Shown: positions 37,242 to 51,621, numbered from the whole stretch's first letter. The stretch: 60,948 bases of DNA, filler included, from Jimgerdemannia flammicorona (GCA_003990765.1; 3 parts of 3 records of this genome joined end to end with filler, not necessarily neighbours in it); one strand, 5' to 3'. A program made the numbers and translations. Notes: generated by a model from the letters alone, not told the origin.

Positions 37242-40200
37242 ATGAACAGTACAACCAACATTTTCTCTTTGAATGTGAATGGGTTACAGGGCGCTTCTCA
37301 ACATAGGAACATTTTTACTTGGATGAAGGGATTGGAGGCCGATCACTTCCTCTTGTAGGATGTCCAGTGTGAAGATGACTCTGATAGGTTAGAATGGACG
37401 ATGGAATGGGGAGGTGCAGCGATTTGGAAGGGCAAGGTTGGGATTTTAGTTAGGAAAGGCAGAGGGGAGATACAGAATGTACAGTGCTGGGGGGAGAGAC
37501 TGGTCTGGGGTGAGTGGATTCGGGCAGGCTGGGAGCCAGTTACAGTTGGTTCCTGCTACTGCCCTGCAGTACAGGGTGATAGGGTAGATTGGGTGAAAGG
37601 CTTACAGGAGAGTGGATTACTTGTGGAGGCAGGGGTGGATGTGCTAGGGGGAGATTTCAATATGGTTAGGGATATACTACTGGATAGATCAGATGGAGGC
37701 CGAGGTGCTGAGAGCAGGAGTGGAGGGCTGGTGGCATGGGAGGAAGTGGAGAGGCTGAGTGCACTATTGGATGCTGGAAGGGAGTGCTGGGGGAGTAGGA
37801 GGGTCTATACCCATTGGGCAGGGGGTCTGGGGACTAGAATCGATTGGATTTTGACAGCATGCTGCTGGGGACTAGATGTTTGGAAATCATTGGAGGTGGA
37901 ATGGTGTCCATGGTTGAATCACTGGGGGCTTTTGGGACAGGGGTGCTTTGGGGGAAGTGGGGATGGGCCTGGACATTGGCACCTCAATTCCTCTTTGTTA
38001 GATGACAAGACCCAGTGGGATGAGTGGGCTAAAGACATTCAGCTGAGGGTGGAGAACTGGAGGCAGGAAGGGGCCGCAGTTGGGACTTGGTAGATGAGGA
38101 TGAAGGAAATGGCCAGGATTTACTGGAAGGAGGCTGGCAAGGAGGCAGGGAAGCAGCGAAAATGAAGAGTGTGCTGGGCCTCTGCTAGATTGACAAGGCT
38201 CCTGGAGGAGTGGGCAAGGCTGACGATGTTGGAGGGCAAAGGAGATTGGAGATTAATAAGGGTGAAAATGGAGGTTGGGGAACTTCAACAGGTGCTGCGG
38301 GAGGAGAAAGAGGCAAGGGTACAGAGCTTAGCAGTATGGCTTCATTGGCAGGATCTGGAGGAAGGAGAGAGGCCTTCCAAGCTTCTTACAAGAGCCCTTC
38401 GGGCGAGGCGGGTCCAGCAACGGTGGGAAGGGGTATTGGACTCGGACGGTGTACTGGTGCATGGTGTACAGGACATTTTTGGATTGCTGAAGGAGAGATG
38501 GAGTGGATTGTGGAGTGAGGAGGAAGGTGGGGCAGATGCCGCTACAATTGAATGAACATTGGAGGATTGGCACCCACTACAAGTTGAAGGGCTAGGGGAC
38601 CTGGTGATGCCTGTAAAGGAGGATGAGATCCACCAGGTTCTTGCCACAACAATGTCCAGTATGGCACCTGGGGAGGATGGGCTGCCCTGGGACTTTTGGA
38701 AGTGAATGGTTGAAGTCCCAGGGGTGATGGGAGAGATGACAGCGATGTGTGACCTTATTCTATGGACAGGTAGATGGGTGGGGGAACAGGACCTTGGGCT
38801 GGTGATGCTGCTCTACAAAAACAAAGGAAGGTGGGAGGATTGGAGGAACTGGCGGCCGATAATGCTGCTAGATATGGACAGAAAGTTGGTAACTAAGGTA
38901 GTGGTAGCGAGACTACAGAAGGTGGCCCAGCAAGTTGTGGGTGTTGAGCAGAGGGGATTTGTGGGTGGTTGGCTCATCAGGGATGGCACTGCCTGGGTGC
39001 ATGGCATCATCGAAGGGGTGAGGGCATGTGGACTGGATGGGCATCTAGTTTTCTTGGACCAGGAGAAGGCTTACGACCGGGTGCGGAGAGTCTGGCTGGA
39101 GAAAGTTTTGGATAGAATGGGGGTACTGCATCAATTCCGGTCAACAATGGTCAGCCTACTGGAAGGGAGCAGGGCTGCACTCATGTGTAATGGACATAGA
39201 GGGGTAGCATTCCCCTTGGGAAGGGGAGTGCCCCAGGGGGATCCATTGTCCCCCATTTTGTATGCTCTTTCCCTAGAACCACTTATGGACTGGATTAGGC
39301 AGAGGATAGTGGGGCTCTCTGTCTTTGGCATAGGATGGAAGGTTGGGGCCTTTGCTGATGACATGGTGGTGGGCTTGGGTTCGATTGCTGATGTTGAGGA
39401 GCTCAAGAGGACTGTGGAGTAGTATGAGGAACATTCTGGAGCTAAGCTGAATTGGCATAAGTGTGAGACAATGGTGCTAGGTAACGGCCTGGTGGGAGGG
39501 GAGGTTATAGGAACAATTGTCCCCACAGGTGAAGCAGTGCAGTACTTAGGTATCTACTTGTCAGTCTATGGGTCAGTTTTGCCCAAGCTTTGGTGAGAGC
39601 AGAGGATTGGAATCTGGGAGGAGGCTCTGCAGAGTTGGGGGGGAAGATATTTCTCTCTGGCAGGGCAGGTCTCAATTTTGAATGTCTACTAGCTGCCAAA
39701 GTTGTGGTACCTGGTGTATCATCTAGACTTCCCAGCCTGGGTAGTGAAGAGACTGTTGAAGTCAGCAAAGGGATGGATTTGGGCTGGCAGGCGGAGTCAG
39801 ATTAGTTGGGAGACCTTGTCCCTACCAGTGGCAAGAGGTGGTCTTGGGCTGGTTGAATTCCCAAAATGGTTACACTGCTTGAGAGCATGGTGGCTGAAGA
39901 GGGCGGTGGAGCTGAGAGGAGGTGGATGGATTCCTCTGTTACAGAAGATATGGGAGAGGCAGGCATCGCCAAGGGGCTCAACTGGTGATCTCCTCTCCTT
40001 GGTTGGGCTTCTGAACACTGCCCAACTACGATATAAAGGATTTTGGTGGGGAATTGCCGAAGGAGCACACTGCATTGGCATTCATTGGCAGAGGAATGAA
40101 GGTGAGGAGGATTGGGACCCAGCGATGTGGAGATGGGACTGTATACTGCTGGGGGGTGCTCCCTTAGTTGAGTTCGACATTGGTGATGGAATGGAATGCC

Positions 40201-40601
40201 AAAGGGGACCAGGCCAGGATCTGTGGCCTAGCGGTTGGCAAGGAGTTGGGATTGGCGAGGAGTGGAACTGGCATAGTGTTTGGACCTGGAGCACTGCAGT
40301 GAGAGCATGGCTGCCACCAAAGTACTGGGTGGTCTGGTGGCGCATGCTGCGGAGGAATGTTATGCTCAATTTTCGCTTGGGGCACCTGGTTGTAGGGGGT
40401 TGCTTCGACTGTGAGGAGTGCTATAATGTAGGGCAGGAGGGGGGTTATGTACAGATGCCGGAACATTGGCTAGGAGAGTGTGAGGTGTTGGGGGATTTTT
40501 GGCAGGCAATTGGGGATCGCTTAGGGGTATGGGGTAGGAGTGATGAAGTACAGGGACGATGGGAGGACTTGAGGGTTAGATTGGTAGGGGGGATAGGGAA
40601 G
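37242..40601 (+). pseudogene. LINE A ORF2: APE endonuclease, RT, C-terminal zinc finger
   Basis: SLNVNGL, GGDFN, TRIDWI; NWRPIMLL, LDQEKAYDRV, GVPQGDPLSP, AFADD; CEEC...EHWLGEC. Confidence 0.93.
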
Positions 40602-40701
40602 NNNNNNNNNNNNNNNNNNNNNNNNNNNNNNNNNNNNNNNNNNNNTTAATTAATTAANNNNNNNNNNNNNNNNNNNNNNNNNNNNNNNNNNNNNNNNNNN
40701 N
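40602..40701. other. Assembly gap with artificial linker (N44-TTAATTAATTAA-N44)
   Basis: Same structure as 20252-20351. Confidence 0.95.
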
Positions 40702-43700
40702 ACCCACCCACCATCCGGTCAGCAGATCCCCCACCAGCTCCTCCCACCTTAACACCTTCTCACGTAACCCCAACTACTGCCCCTCCTCAAATACGAAAAG
40801 CCAATGTCCTGCCAGTCCCACCCATACTGCTAACACCCATCCTACAGTGAGCCAACTGTCCCCAACCCCACCCACCAGCCGAGATTTGAAGTCCTCCCAG
40901 TGACCCCCCTCCCCCACCCACCTATGCCCAACACCCAATCTATCCCCTATCACAGCCCAAAATTCCCCCAAGACCTCACACTCCCCCAGCCAATGTTCCG
41001 GCATCTGTACATAACCCCCAGCTTGCCCAACATCATAACACTCCTCACAGTCAAATTGTCCACCCTCTACTAGATGCCCTGAGCAGAAATTCAGCATGAC
41101 ATTCCTCTGCAACATTCTCCACCATACCACTCAGTACTTGGGAGGGAGCCACCTCCGGACCTCAGCACTCCAAGACCAGATACCTACCCAGTCCCACTCC
41201 TCTCCGATTCCAACCGCCTGCCAGCTACTCGGCCAAAGGTCCTGACCAAGCCCCTGCTGACACTCCACCCCCTCCCCAATATCGAACGTAGCCAGGGGAG
41301 TACCCCCCAGGAGCAGACTATCCCAACGCCACATATTAGGCCCCCACGCCACCTCTCCCTCGTCACCCTGCCAGCGCAGGCCAATACAGTGTGCTCCCTC
41401 TGCCACTCCCCACCAAAACCCCTTGAACCACAGTCTCCAAACTCCATTCAGCCTCACCAAAGAGAGCAGATCCCCGGAGGACCCTCGAGGGGATGTTCGC
41501 ATCTCCCATACCTTCTGCAGCAGAGGCACCCAACCCCCGCCCTGCAATTCCACAGCTCTCCTCAACCACCAGGCTCTCAAGCAGTGCAGCCTCTTAGGGA
41601 AATCCACCAGGCCCAGACCTCCCCTGACTACCGGTCTCACCAGCATATCCCAACTGACCTGGGACCTCCTCCCCACCCAAATCCATTTCCTAGCCACCTT
41701 CATTAGCTTCTTCACCACCCATGCTGGGAAGTCTAGGTGATATGCCACATACCACAGCTTTGGGAACCAATATATATTCAGGATTGACACCCACCCTGCT
41801 AGAGAGATATGGCAGCCTCCCCATCCTCGAAGGGCCTCCCCCCAACTGTTCACCCTACCCTCCCACCACACTCATGGTAAGACAGAACCATATACAGAGA
41901 GGAAGATGCCCAGATACCGCACCACCTCACCAGTAGGGACAATTGTTCCAATGACGTCCCCACCCATTAACCCATTCCCTAGCACCATTGTCTCACACTT
42001 ATGCCAGTTGAGTTTTGCCCCTAAATGAGCCTCATACCATTCCACAGTCCCCTGAAGTGCCTCCACATCCGCCACAGACCCAAGTTCAACCACCATATCA
42101 TCAGCAAAGGCTCCCACCTTCCACACTATATCATATATAGAGAGCCCTGCTATCTTCCGGCGAATCCTATCCATCAATGGTTCCAGTGAAAGGGCATAGA
42201 GAATCAGGGATAGAGGGTCCCCCTGAGGTACTCCCCTTCCCAAAGAAAAAGCCCTCCTGCGATGACCATTACACGTCAGAGCTGCCCGACTACTTTCCAG
42301 CAGACTCAACATAGAGGCCCTAAACATTGGGGGAACACCAATGCGGTCCAACACCTTTCCCAGCCACACCCGCCATACATGGTCATAGGCCTTCTCCTGG
42401 TCCAGAAAGACTAACCTTCCATCCAGCCCACAGGCCCGGGCCCCCTCAATGACCCCATGAATCCATGCAGTTCCATCTCGGATTAGCCTACCTCCAACAA
42501 AGCCCCTCTGCTCTTCTCCCAGCACCTGTTGGGCAACCTTCTGCAGCCTCGCGACAATCACCTTAGTCACCATCTTTCTGTCCATATCCAGAAGCATGAT
42601 CGGCCTCCAGTTCTTCCAATCTTCCCTTCTTCCCTTATCTTTGTACAGTAGGGCCACCAGCCCCAAATCCTGCTCTCCAACCCACATATCACTCTGAAGG
42701 ACATGGTCACAAAGACCAGCCATCTCACCCAACACTCCGGGGACATTCACTATCTTCTTCCAGAAGTCCCACGGCAGTCCATCCTCTCCTGGCACTGTCC
42801 CAAGCTTAGTTGCTGCCAGGACACCCTGGATCTCCTCTCCCTGGACTGGCAAGATCAAGTCCCCCAGTCCATCAACCTGCGGTGGTTTCCACTCCTCTAG
42901 TGTATCCGCACTCTCTGCCCCATCCACACCCCCTTCTCCCTCACTCCACAAACCCTGCCATCTCTCCTTCAAGACCCCCAGGATTTGTTGCATGCCATGA
43001 ACCATGTCCCCATCAGCATCCAGGACCCCATCCCACCGATGGCACACCCTTCTAGCTTTGAGAAGTCTCGATAAGTACCTAGTAGGCTGCTCACCCTCCT
43101 CAAGCCCCTGCCACCACAGCCTAGCAGCCATGCACCGCATATATATCTCCTCCTCTTCCCTCAGCACCTGTTGTAGTTCCACTACCTCCAATTTTGCCCT
43201 CTCTATCCTCCAATCCTCCACCCCCCCAACAGTGAGCAAGTCCGCCCAATCTACTTGTAGTCTCCTCAGCCTGCTGGAAGCACACCTCATGCACCTCCTT
43301 CTCAGCCTCCCAGCCTCCCTACCGGCCTCTCCCCAATAAACCCTTGCAGCCTCTTTCAATCGCATCCAACGGACAGCCACAGGCAAACCCTCCTACTTCC
43401 AAGTACAAACTTTTGCCTGAATATCCTCTGCCCAAAGTTCCTACAGTCCCTTCTCAGCCAGCAGGGAGGAGTTAAGGCGCCAATGTCCGGGTCCATCTCC
43501 ACTCCCCCCAAACTGCCCCTGCCTCAACAGTCCCCAGTGATCAGACCATGGGCACCACTCCACTTCCAATGCCTTCCAAACATCTGAACCCCAGCACTCT
43601 GCCATCAGAATCCAGTCAATCCTTGTGCCCAGGCCATTCACCCAATGCGTGTAGACCCTGGTGTTACCCCACCTCGTTCTGCCCATATCCCCCAAGGAGC

Positions 43701-44217
43701 TCAACGTCTCCACCTCCTCCCATGCATCCAGACCTCCACTTCTACCCCCGGCACTCCTCTCTCCATCAGTTCTGTCCAGATGCTGATCCCGAACCATATT
43801 AAAGTCCCCACTAAGAACATCTACCCCTTCCTCCAAGAGAGTACCCTCCTCTAGCAATCCCCTAATCCAAGCAATCCGCTCACCCCTAGCCGCAGGGCAG
43901 TAGCAAGAGCCCACCTTCACCGATTCCCACTCTGGCCAATTCCAATCTCCCCAGACCAAGCAATCACCCCAGCTCCTGATTCTCCCCAAGTCTCCTCTGC
44001 CTTTCCTCACCAGAATTGCTACCTTTCCAAACCACTTAGCAGCCCCCCCCCACTCCTTAGTCCACTCTGCCCGATCGTCCTCATCCTCACAATGAACATC
44101 CTGTAATAAAAAGAGATCAGCCTCCAATCCCTTGAGCCAAGTAAAAATGTTCCTATGTCGCCCAGATCCCCTTAGCCCATTCACATTCAAGGAAAAAATG
44201 TTGGTTGTACTGTTCAT
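40702..44217 (-). pseudogene. LINE B ORF2: APE endonuclease, RT, zinc finger
   Basis: MNSTTNIFSLNVNGLRG, LLQDVH, GDFN, RIDWI, SDH; GVPQGDPLS, AFADD, RYLG; a few in-frame stops. Confidence 0.93.
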
Positions 44218-44249
44218 AAAGAATAATGATATATGTCCAAGCCCATTCT

Positions 44250-46283
44250 CTATAAGTCGGCATCCTGCCTCTCCTGTGCCAGGTCCAAGTTAAGTTCAGC
44301 AGCCAGTTCCCTCTCCCCAGCTTTCCGTGCCTCCAACTCCCCCAGAAGTTTGACCATCGCCCCATCCTCATGCTCCTCAAAATCCTCGCGATACTCCAGA
44401 CATGCCTCCTGCCAGAGCTGTAGACCCCGACGCTCTGCCCAACAGTAAGCTGCCCGCTCAGCAGCAACCACCCCCAGTTCTGCCTTCCTCACCTTGTCCA
44501 CCTCATATCCCTCCTCCTCTAGCAAAATCGCCAGAATCTCCACCTTCAGTGCCTCCACCATTCCATCCCCATGCAGGATCCTTGCCCAATGCTCCTCAGG
44601 CATCGCCCACAGGTCTACCTCCCCCAATGCTTCTGCTGTGAGGTTATCCATCACCTTGCATACCCACAACAAGTTCCCCACCTTTTTCCCTCCCGGAGTC
44701 CCCGGCCGCCCTGCATCCAACATCGTAGTATTAGCTCCTACACTAGCAGCCTCATCCCACTCCTCCTCAGGGACATCCACCAGCTCATCCTCGCCAACTG
44801 CCACCACCTGACCCCCATGAGCCACATCAGGGACCCCAAATCGCACCTGCTGGGCCCCCTGCATCTGTGTATCCTCCGGCCTCCCTCGCATCCCCACTGG
44901 GCCCCTCCTGATAAGTGGGGGGGGGGTGGCATCTAACTCCGGCTCCCATACTTCAAAGGTACCATCAGCAAATGGGTCCTTGACCAGCCCCTTCCCAGCC
45001 CCTGCCTCCTTTGCTTCCACCTCCTCTCCTCCTTTACCAGCCCAGACACTGGCCTCAGCACCTCCAGACTCCCCAGCTTCACCCGACTGCTTCTTCCCCC
45101 CACCTGCCATACCCGCCAACAGCTCCTTCTGCCTCTTGCGTCCCTGGATCCACTCTCACTGCTTCTTATCCATATGGATACGCCTCCCGCCCACAACCTC
45201 CAGATGTGTTGATTCCTCAAACAGTTTCCAGGCCTTCGCCCTCCTCTCCACAGCACCACCCAACTCCTCCAGCGCCTCCAACAAGTCCTCCTCCTCCTCT
45301 TCACTCCCCTTCACCCTCGACACCTTGCAGATGACAGCCCCCCACATCAGCACTGAGGGCCAGTCACTTGGCTTCCCTGTGGCCTCTTTCCCTGCCAACC
45401 GAATCCTGACATTGATGTCGCCCATCCTGATAGTCATCCCCTCCCACAATTGAAATCCAATGTCCACCACGTCGCCATACTCAATCATCACCTCCTCCAC
45501 CCTCCTCCTAGTCTCCTCCTTAGTCACCGTGGGCACCCCCCTCACCAGAAGCTGCACGACCCTGGGGTCCCACCTCAAGCACCTAACCATGGGGACCACT
45601 ACCTCCCCAACCATCACTCCTGTCTTCATGGCCTCGTCCAGTAGGCCTGCCTCCTCAAAGCCCACCTCAACCCCCTCCATGCCCTTCAAGAACTTCACCA
45701 AGGCCGCACCAGCCACCTGCTTTGAGATAAGCCCCAGGACCATCCTCACCATCACCGCCAAGCCCCAGAAGTACAAGGTAGCTGCGAACTCCGAGATTGA
45801 CTTCTTGAGCAACGGGGCCACCACCAGTCCCGTTACACCATCAGCCAGGTCCCCCTTCCACATCGGGAGCCCCTGCCCCCCCTGGCCATCAACCGTCACA
45901 TCTCTTTTTTTTTCCAGATTCGCTGTCACGCCACCATCAGCAGTCCTGCCACTACCCCCAGCCATCCCTCCACTTCCCCCACCTCCCCCCCGTGAAGGTC
46001 CAGCTCTCCCAGCGGTTCCATCCTTCTGCTTCCCCTTCCCTCCTGCCGGTCCACCATGAGTGCCCATTGGCCAGCCTCCATCCCTCAGTGTGTCCACAAA
46101 GCTCCTCCCCTGCTTCCCTCCAGCCCCCCCACCAGTGCCACCTCCACTACCCGAGCCACCCTGCCCACTCGAGCCACCGAAAGACCCCATCCCCAATCTA
46201 TACCCTCTCCCGACATTCTGCCAGTCGAAGGCCCCAGGTCCACCTAACCTAGTACGTGCGTCGGCTTGCTTGCTGGTTGACAT
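44250..46283 (-). pseudogene. LINE B ORF1
   Basis: MSTSKQADAR...; track ORFs 45156-46343 and 44250-45119 are one frame split by a TGG>TGA stop. Confidence 0.87.
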
Positions 46284-46904
46284 CGCCTTAGTATCTTTCT
46301 CCAATAAACACTTTGAAAGTGTGTTGAAAAGTGTGTGTAACATGAATTGTAGTGGAGAGAGATGGTAGAAAGCATTGTATACTGTTTACCTTTCATGCTT
46401 TTGCTTGAAAACCTCTGATCCCAAGCACATCACAGTTGAGACGTACAATGATAATTTGGACAATGTAGCCAGTATGTGCAATTTACTATTCATCGAGTAT
46501 ATCCATTTTTTTTTTCTTCACATTAAACTCCCGCAACTACATTCCCCCTCTAACAGCCATGTCCTGTCTCGAGGCTATGATTCACATTCTCATCAATCTC
46601 ACTCACGAGAACCTGGACAGATACCATGAGGTGGGCTGGCCGCCCAGTATGGCCACTTTGTTGCATGTTACTAATGCAGAGTATCTCTGCAACTGGATAA
46701 AGAAAAGGAACAGAGGGATGGTGGTGTGGAGATGCAAGGAAGATGAGGTGGGAGGGGTCAAGTTTGATGCACTGTTGCTTATGGATCAATCTCGTGAAGA
46801 AGGATGCAGGAAATAGGGATGAATTCAGATGAACAGGATCATCACCATTATCTGGAGTTATCTCATCACTATCATCTGATATGTGTGTTGTCTTTACCTA
46901 CCTA

Positions 46905-47545
46905 GAACTCATCAACTACCCAAGCTCATTGACTACCCAAACTCATTGACTACCCAAACTCATTGACTACCCGAACTCATCAACTATCCAAACCCATTGA
47001 CATGCCCATTTCTCTCACATCAAATTGGCCTATGCCTATTTCCTTTTAATTTGTCCAGTGTCAAACTCATTCCAAACTCATTGAACTCATTGATGTGTCC
47101 ATCTGCCCTGAACTCATCAAAGTTATCTGCCTCAAACTTATCAACACCATCTGCCCCAAACTCATCGATACCATCTACCCCAAACTCATCAATGTCATCT
47201 GCCCAAACTCATCAACGCCATCTGCCCCAAACTCATCGATGCCATCTTCCATGAACTCATCAATGCCATCTGCCCCAAACTCATTGACATGCCCATTTCT
47301 CTCACATCAAATTGGTCTGTTTCCAGATATGCCTATTTTCTTTTAATTTGTTGGGGGTCTTATCATTGTCTGGTCTATCTATTGACATTTCTTCTGGTGT
47401 CCCTGTTGTCATCATTATTATCATCGCCATGCCTATCTGCCCAAACTCATTGAACTCATCGACATGTCCATCTACCCTGAACTCATCAACACCATCTGCC
47501 CCGAACTCATTGACTCTCTGAACTCATCGACATGCCCATTTCTCT
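46905..47545. repeat. Tandem array of CCCAAACTCATCAAC/CCATCTG units (16-24 bp)
   Basis: Seen directly; probably inside an unclassified element at ~46380-48300. Confidence 0.85.
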
Positions 47546-47959
47546 CACCTGTGATATCTTATTGCTGGTCATGGTATGTTTTTGACAAAAAAAATAGGAG
47601 TCTGTTGTTGATCATTATCTATTCTATTATTGCTGAGCAATTTCATTCATTGTCAATTTCATCACCATTGTTGCTCATTGTCCATTCTTCATCTATTGTT
47701 ACTCATTAGTATATCATCTGGCCACTCAGCAGTTTATATTTCATTGCCACACTTTGTCCCATCTATTGTTCATTTTACATATTCATTGTCACCATATGGA
47801 TTATTCTTCATTGTTGCTATTCTGCAGATATTTGTTTTGGATGATGAATTGTAATTTATTTTGGTTGGCATTCAATAAAAAATATACTACAAAATTATTT
47901 GTCAATAAAAGCATCTTTATATATCTCAATGCTCTGAGAGATATCCATGATGAAAATGC

Positions 47960-48165
47960 CATCTCTGGATATATGAGTAAATTGTGCTGGAGATATCAGG
48001 AGATTCTTTGGAGATTTTGCATCAAATCTCTGGAGATTTTATATCAAATCTCTGGATATATGAGTAAATTGTGCTGAAGATTCGTGAAGACATCAGGAGA
48101 TTCTCTGGAGACATCAGGAGATTCTCTGGAGATTTTGCATCAAATCTCTGAAGATTTTGTATCAA
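47960..48165. repeat. Short nested repeats (TCTCTGGAGAT / ATCAAATCTCTG)
   Basis: Seen directly. Confidence 0.7.
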
Positions 48166-48436
48166 ATTGCCAGTTATGTTTGGGTACTCCTGGAGCCCAG
48201 GTTATGAAAAATACTGGAGATTTTCGGGTACTTCTGGGTATAGTTGGAGACCACATCTCAATTTCGTGATGTTGCTGCAAAAGTTTACTGAAACCTACAC
48301 ACATTCGCAAGTCAATACAATTGACATATTTGTATATATCATGCTTCTCTTCTATTTTATAATAATTCTCTATTCAACTTACTAGTCCATAAATAATCTT
48401 GTTATAATACTGCATATTTCACTATATTCTAATTAA

Positions 48437-50715
48437 TTTTTTTTTTTTTATCAGTCACTTGGACTCCTTTATTACTAAGCAATCTATAGAGAGAAATACA
48501 ATATCATATATTATCCAACCCTGCCGACTATCCAATCCCCCTAGGAGAGACCCCCCCAACTTCTACTTGTTTGAACACCACTTGTCCTACAATTACCTCT
48601 ATCTGACCCCCACTCTGCCAGTAGATCCTATCAATGAGCAGATAATAGTGACTACCCTGAGGCCCCCAGCCCACCTACTAGCCAGTCAAGAGATCCTCCA
48701 TCAACCTATCCCACCTTGATAACCTCTCAACAAGGCTCAACTACTGCCCTTCCTCAAATGTAAAGAGCCAATGCCTAGCTAGCCCCACCCAAATTGCCAA
48801 GGTCTAGCCATATATAAGCCACTTATTCCCCATTTCCCCTACAAGCCATGCCTTCAAGTCCTCCCAATAGCCCCCCACCACATCTCTCCTCCTCTGAATT
48901 CCCAGATGCTCTCCTATAGTAATCCAAAAATCACTAAGTATCTCACACTCCCTCAGCTAATATTCTGGCATCTGTACAAAACTCCCTTCCTGCTCTACAT
49001 TAAGACAAACCTTACACTCAAACTCCCCACTCTCAATTAAATATCCAGAGCAGAATTTCAGCATGACATTCCTCCTCACTATACTACCCAGAACTTAGGG
49101 AGAAGCTACCACTTGACTGCAGTACTCTAGGACCAAACTCCAGCCCAGTCCCACTCCTTACTTATACTAATACCCTGCTAACTCTCTGACCACACATCCA
49201 GCCCCATCTCCTGCTGATACTCAACTCCATCCTTAATGTCAAATTCAATAAGCAGAGAGCTCCCAAGTAGGAGTCTATCTCAATACCACATCATCAGTTC
49301 CCAAAGTACCTCTCTCTCATTACCTCACTACTGTAGTCTAATGCAATATGCCTCCATAGTAATCTCTCACCAAAATTCCCTAAAGTACAATCTCTTACTG
49401 CCCTGCAGGTCCACCAATAACAGAAGATCCCCTATAGAGCTCTTCAGAAAAACCCTCATCTCTCACACCTTCTGTATCAAAGAGACCCAGCTACCTCTTT
49501 GCAGTTCTACAGCTCTTCTCAATCACCAGGCCCTCAGATAATAAAGCTTTTTCAGGAAATCCACTAGACTAAGCCCCTCTCAATTCACTAGGAGTACCAA
49601 GGTGCTCCAGCTAATCTGACTTTAATGTTCTATCTAGATCTAATTCTTAGCTATCTTTAATAGCCACTGCACTATCTAAGGAGAATAGACACTCTGCTAG
49701 CCAGGGAGATGTGGTGCCCTCTCCAGTCCTGAAGTACCTCATCCCAACTTGAGACCTTGCTCTTCCACCAAGCCCTGACCAGAACAGACCCATATATAGA
49801 CAGATATACCCCAAGGTACCATACAGCCTCATCTGCTAGAACAATTGTTCCAATGATATCCCCCCCCACTACTTCATTCTCCAGCACCATTGTCTTATAT
49901 TTATACCAATTTAACTATGTCCTAAAACATGCCCTATACTACTTCACTATCTCCTTTAATGTCTCCACATCTACTACAGAGCTAAGTTCCACTACCATAT
50001 TATCTGCAAAGGCTCCCACCTTCTAAATGACTCCAAACACTAACAACCCTACCACCTTCTGCCATATCCTATCAATAAGGGGCTCTAAAGAGAGAGTATA
50101 AAGAATAGGTGATAGTGGATCCCCTTGAGGAACTTCTTTTCCTAGAGTGAAGATTGCTCTTCTATATCTATTATACAAAATTACTGCCTTGCTACCTTTC
50201 AGTAGGCTAACTATTGAAATCTAGAATTGTTGCAGAATCTCAATTCTGTCCAACACTCTACCCAGCCAGATATGCCTCATCTGATTATAGGCTTTTTTCT
50301 GATCCAAAAAGACTAGTCTTCTATTCAGTCTGCTTGTCCTTATCTCCTCAATGACACCATGTATCTATGTAGTACTATCATAAATGAGTCAGCCTCCAAC
50401 AAAGCCATGCTGCTCTTTACTCAGTATTTATTGGGTCACATACTGTAGTTATGTTATGATCACCTTGGTAACCAACTTCCTATCTATATCCAGGAGCATG
50501 ATTAGCTGCCAATTCTTCCAATCTTCTCTATCACCCTTATTCTTATAGAGTAAGATCATCAAGCCAAGATCCTGCTTACCAACTCACCTCCTTGTTAAGA
50601 GAACATAATCACATAATGCTACTATTTCACCAAGTATGTCAGATATCCCCACCATTCATTTCCAGAAATTCCAAGAGAGTTTATTCTTACCAGAGACTGT
50701 ACCAGACTTTATAGT
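48437..50715 (-). mobile_element. LINE C: 5'-truncated, decayed ORF2 with poly(A) tail
   Basis: T run at ~48437-48448 with AATAAA upstream on the minus strand; colinear with 40770-42800 (PQGDPLSP near 50110-50135). Confidence 0.88.
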
Positions 50716-50719
50716 AGAG

Positions 50720-51580
50720 ATGGGGTGTATTTGGACTAAGCCATATGAAAGAGAGCTAAGAAGAGATAGCAGTAGAAGGACTTATTAGTGAGACTGGAGA
50801 GAGAGCCAATAGCTATGAAGAGTACTGGGGTAGTGGATGTAAAGGCCAGTATTTGGGCTGGTAAAAAGGAGAGAGTATAGAATAGAGGTCTAGCAGAGAA
50901 GGAAACTTAGGAGAGAAGTACTGTGATTGATGATATATATATGATAGTTGAGGACCCAGTCTGATATAGAGTTCTAAATATAGATTAGAGAGTTATACTA
51001 TAAAATATATCTGAGAAGAACTGAGATAAGTTGGTGGATACAGGAGTAAGAGGGGGGCAGGGGTTTGAAGAGCAGCTGGTAGACTCTGGAGAGGAGGGGG
51101 TTGATAGTGAGTAATAGCTCTGGAAGATACTGACCAATATGGTGACTGATGAGTTGGGAGGAGTTGACTTCTAGGTGATCAGTGAAGTGTACTGGGAGAC
51201 TGTTCTGAGAAAAAAAGAGATAGTATACAAGTTGTAAGATAAGCTGATAGTAGTTTTGCTGGAGGCAGAGAAGTATGAGATTACTGTAAGTGGGAAGACC
51301 ACTTTGTTAAAATTGTGAATAAGTATATAGTATATCTGTAGGAGCTGAGAAAGGGGCTGGCAAAATGGCAGATAGTATATAAGGAGTATTAGATATTGAT
51401 AGAAGAGTTAGATGGGAAGGACTATCTTGAGGTACTGATAGCTTTAGATACTCAATAGGAGACAGAGGATGAACTGGAGGCTAAGAGGAACTTAGATGTA
51501 ACTAAAGATATAGTGAGCATAGAACTATTGAGTGATCAGTACTTTATATATATTTATTTCTCATAAATAGTAGATCTTTT
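50720..51580 (+). mobile_element. Heavily decayed LINE ORF1 3' half, opposite orientation to LINE C
   Basis: Similar by eye to 36350-37250 (..GTATTTGGGCTGG.., ..GACTGATGAGTTGGGAGGAGTTGACTT..). Confidence 0.6.
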
Positions 51581-51621
51581 CTGATACATAACTATCTAGA
51601 GATAGTATTAAAGAAGTATAC

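Larger units (their letters stand above)
35102..40601 (+). mobile_element. LINE A: near full-length L1/Tx1-type non-LTR retrotransposon; 3' end lost in gap
   Basis: Short 5' UTR, ORF1, 33-nt spacer, ORF2 with APE-RT-zinc finger. Confidence 0.93.
40702..46370 (-). mobile_element. LINE B: near full-length L1/Tx1-type element of a related subfamily; 3' end lost in gap
   Basis: ORF1 and ORF2 colinear with LINE A but clearly diverged. Confidence 0.93.

Noticed and set aside
50700..50730. 5' inversion (twin priming) joining LINE C and the plus-strand ORF1 fragment
   Set aside because: The ORF1 piece looks more decayed than LINE C and no shared TSD is visible; separate insertions are simpler.
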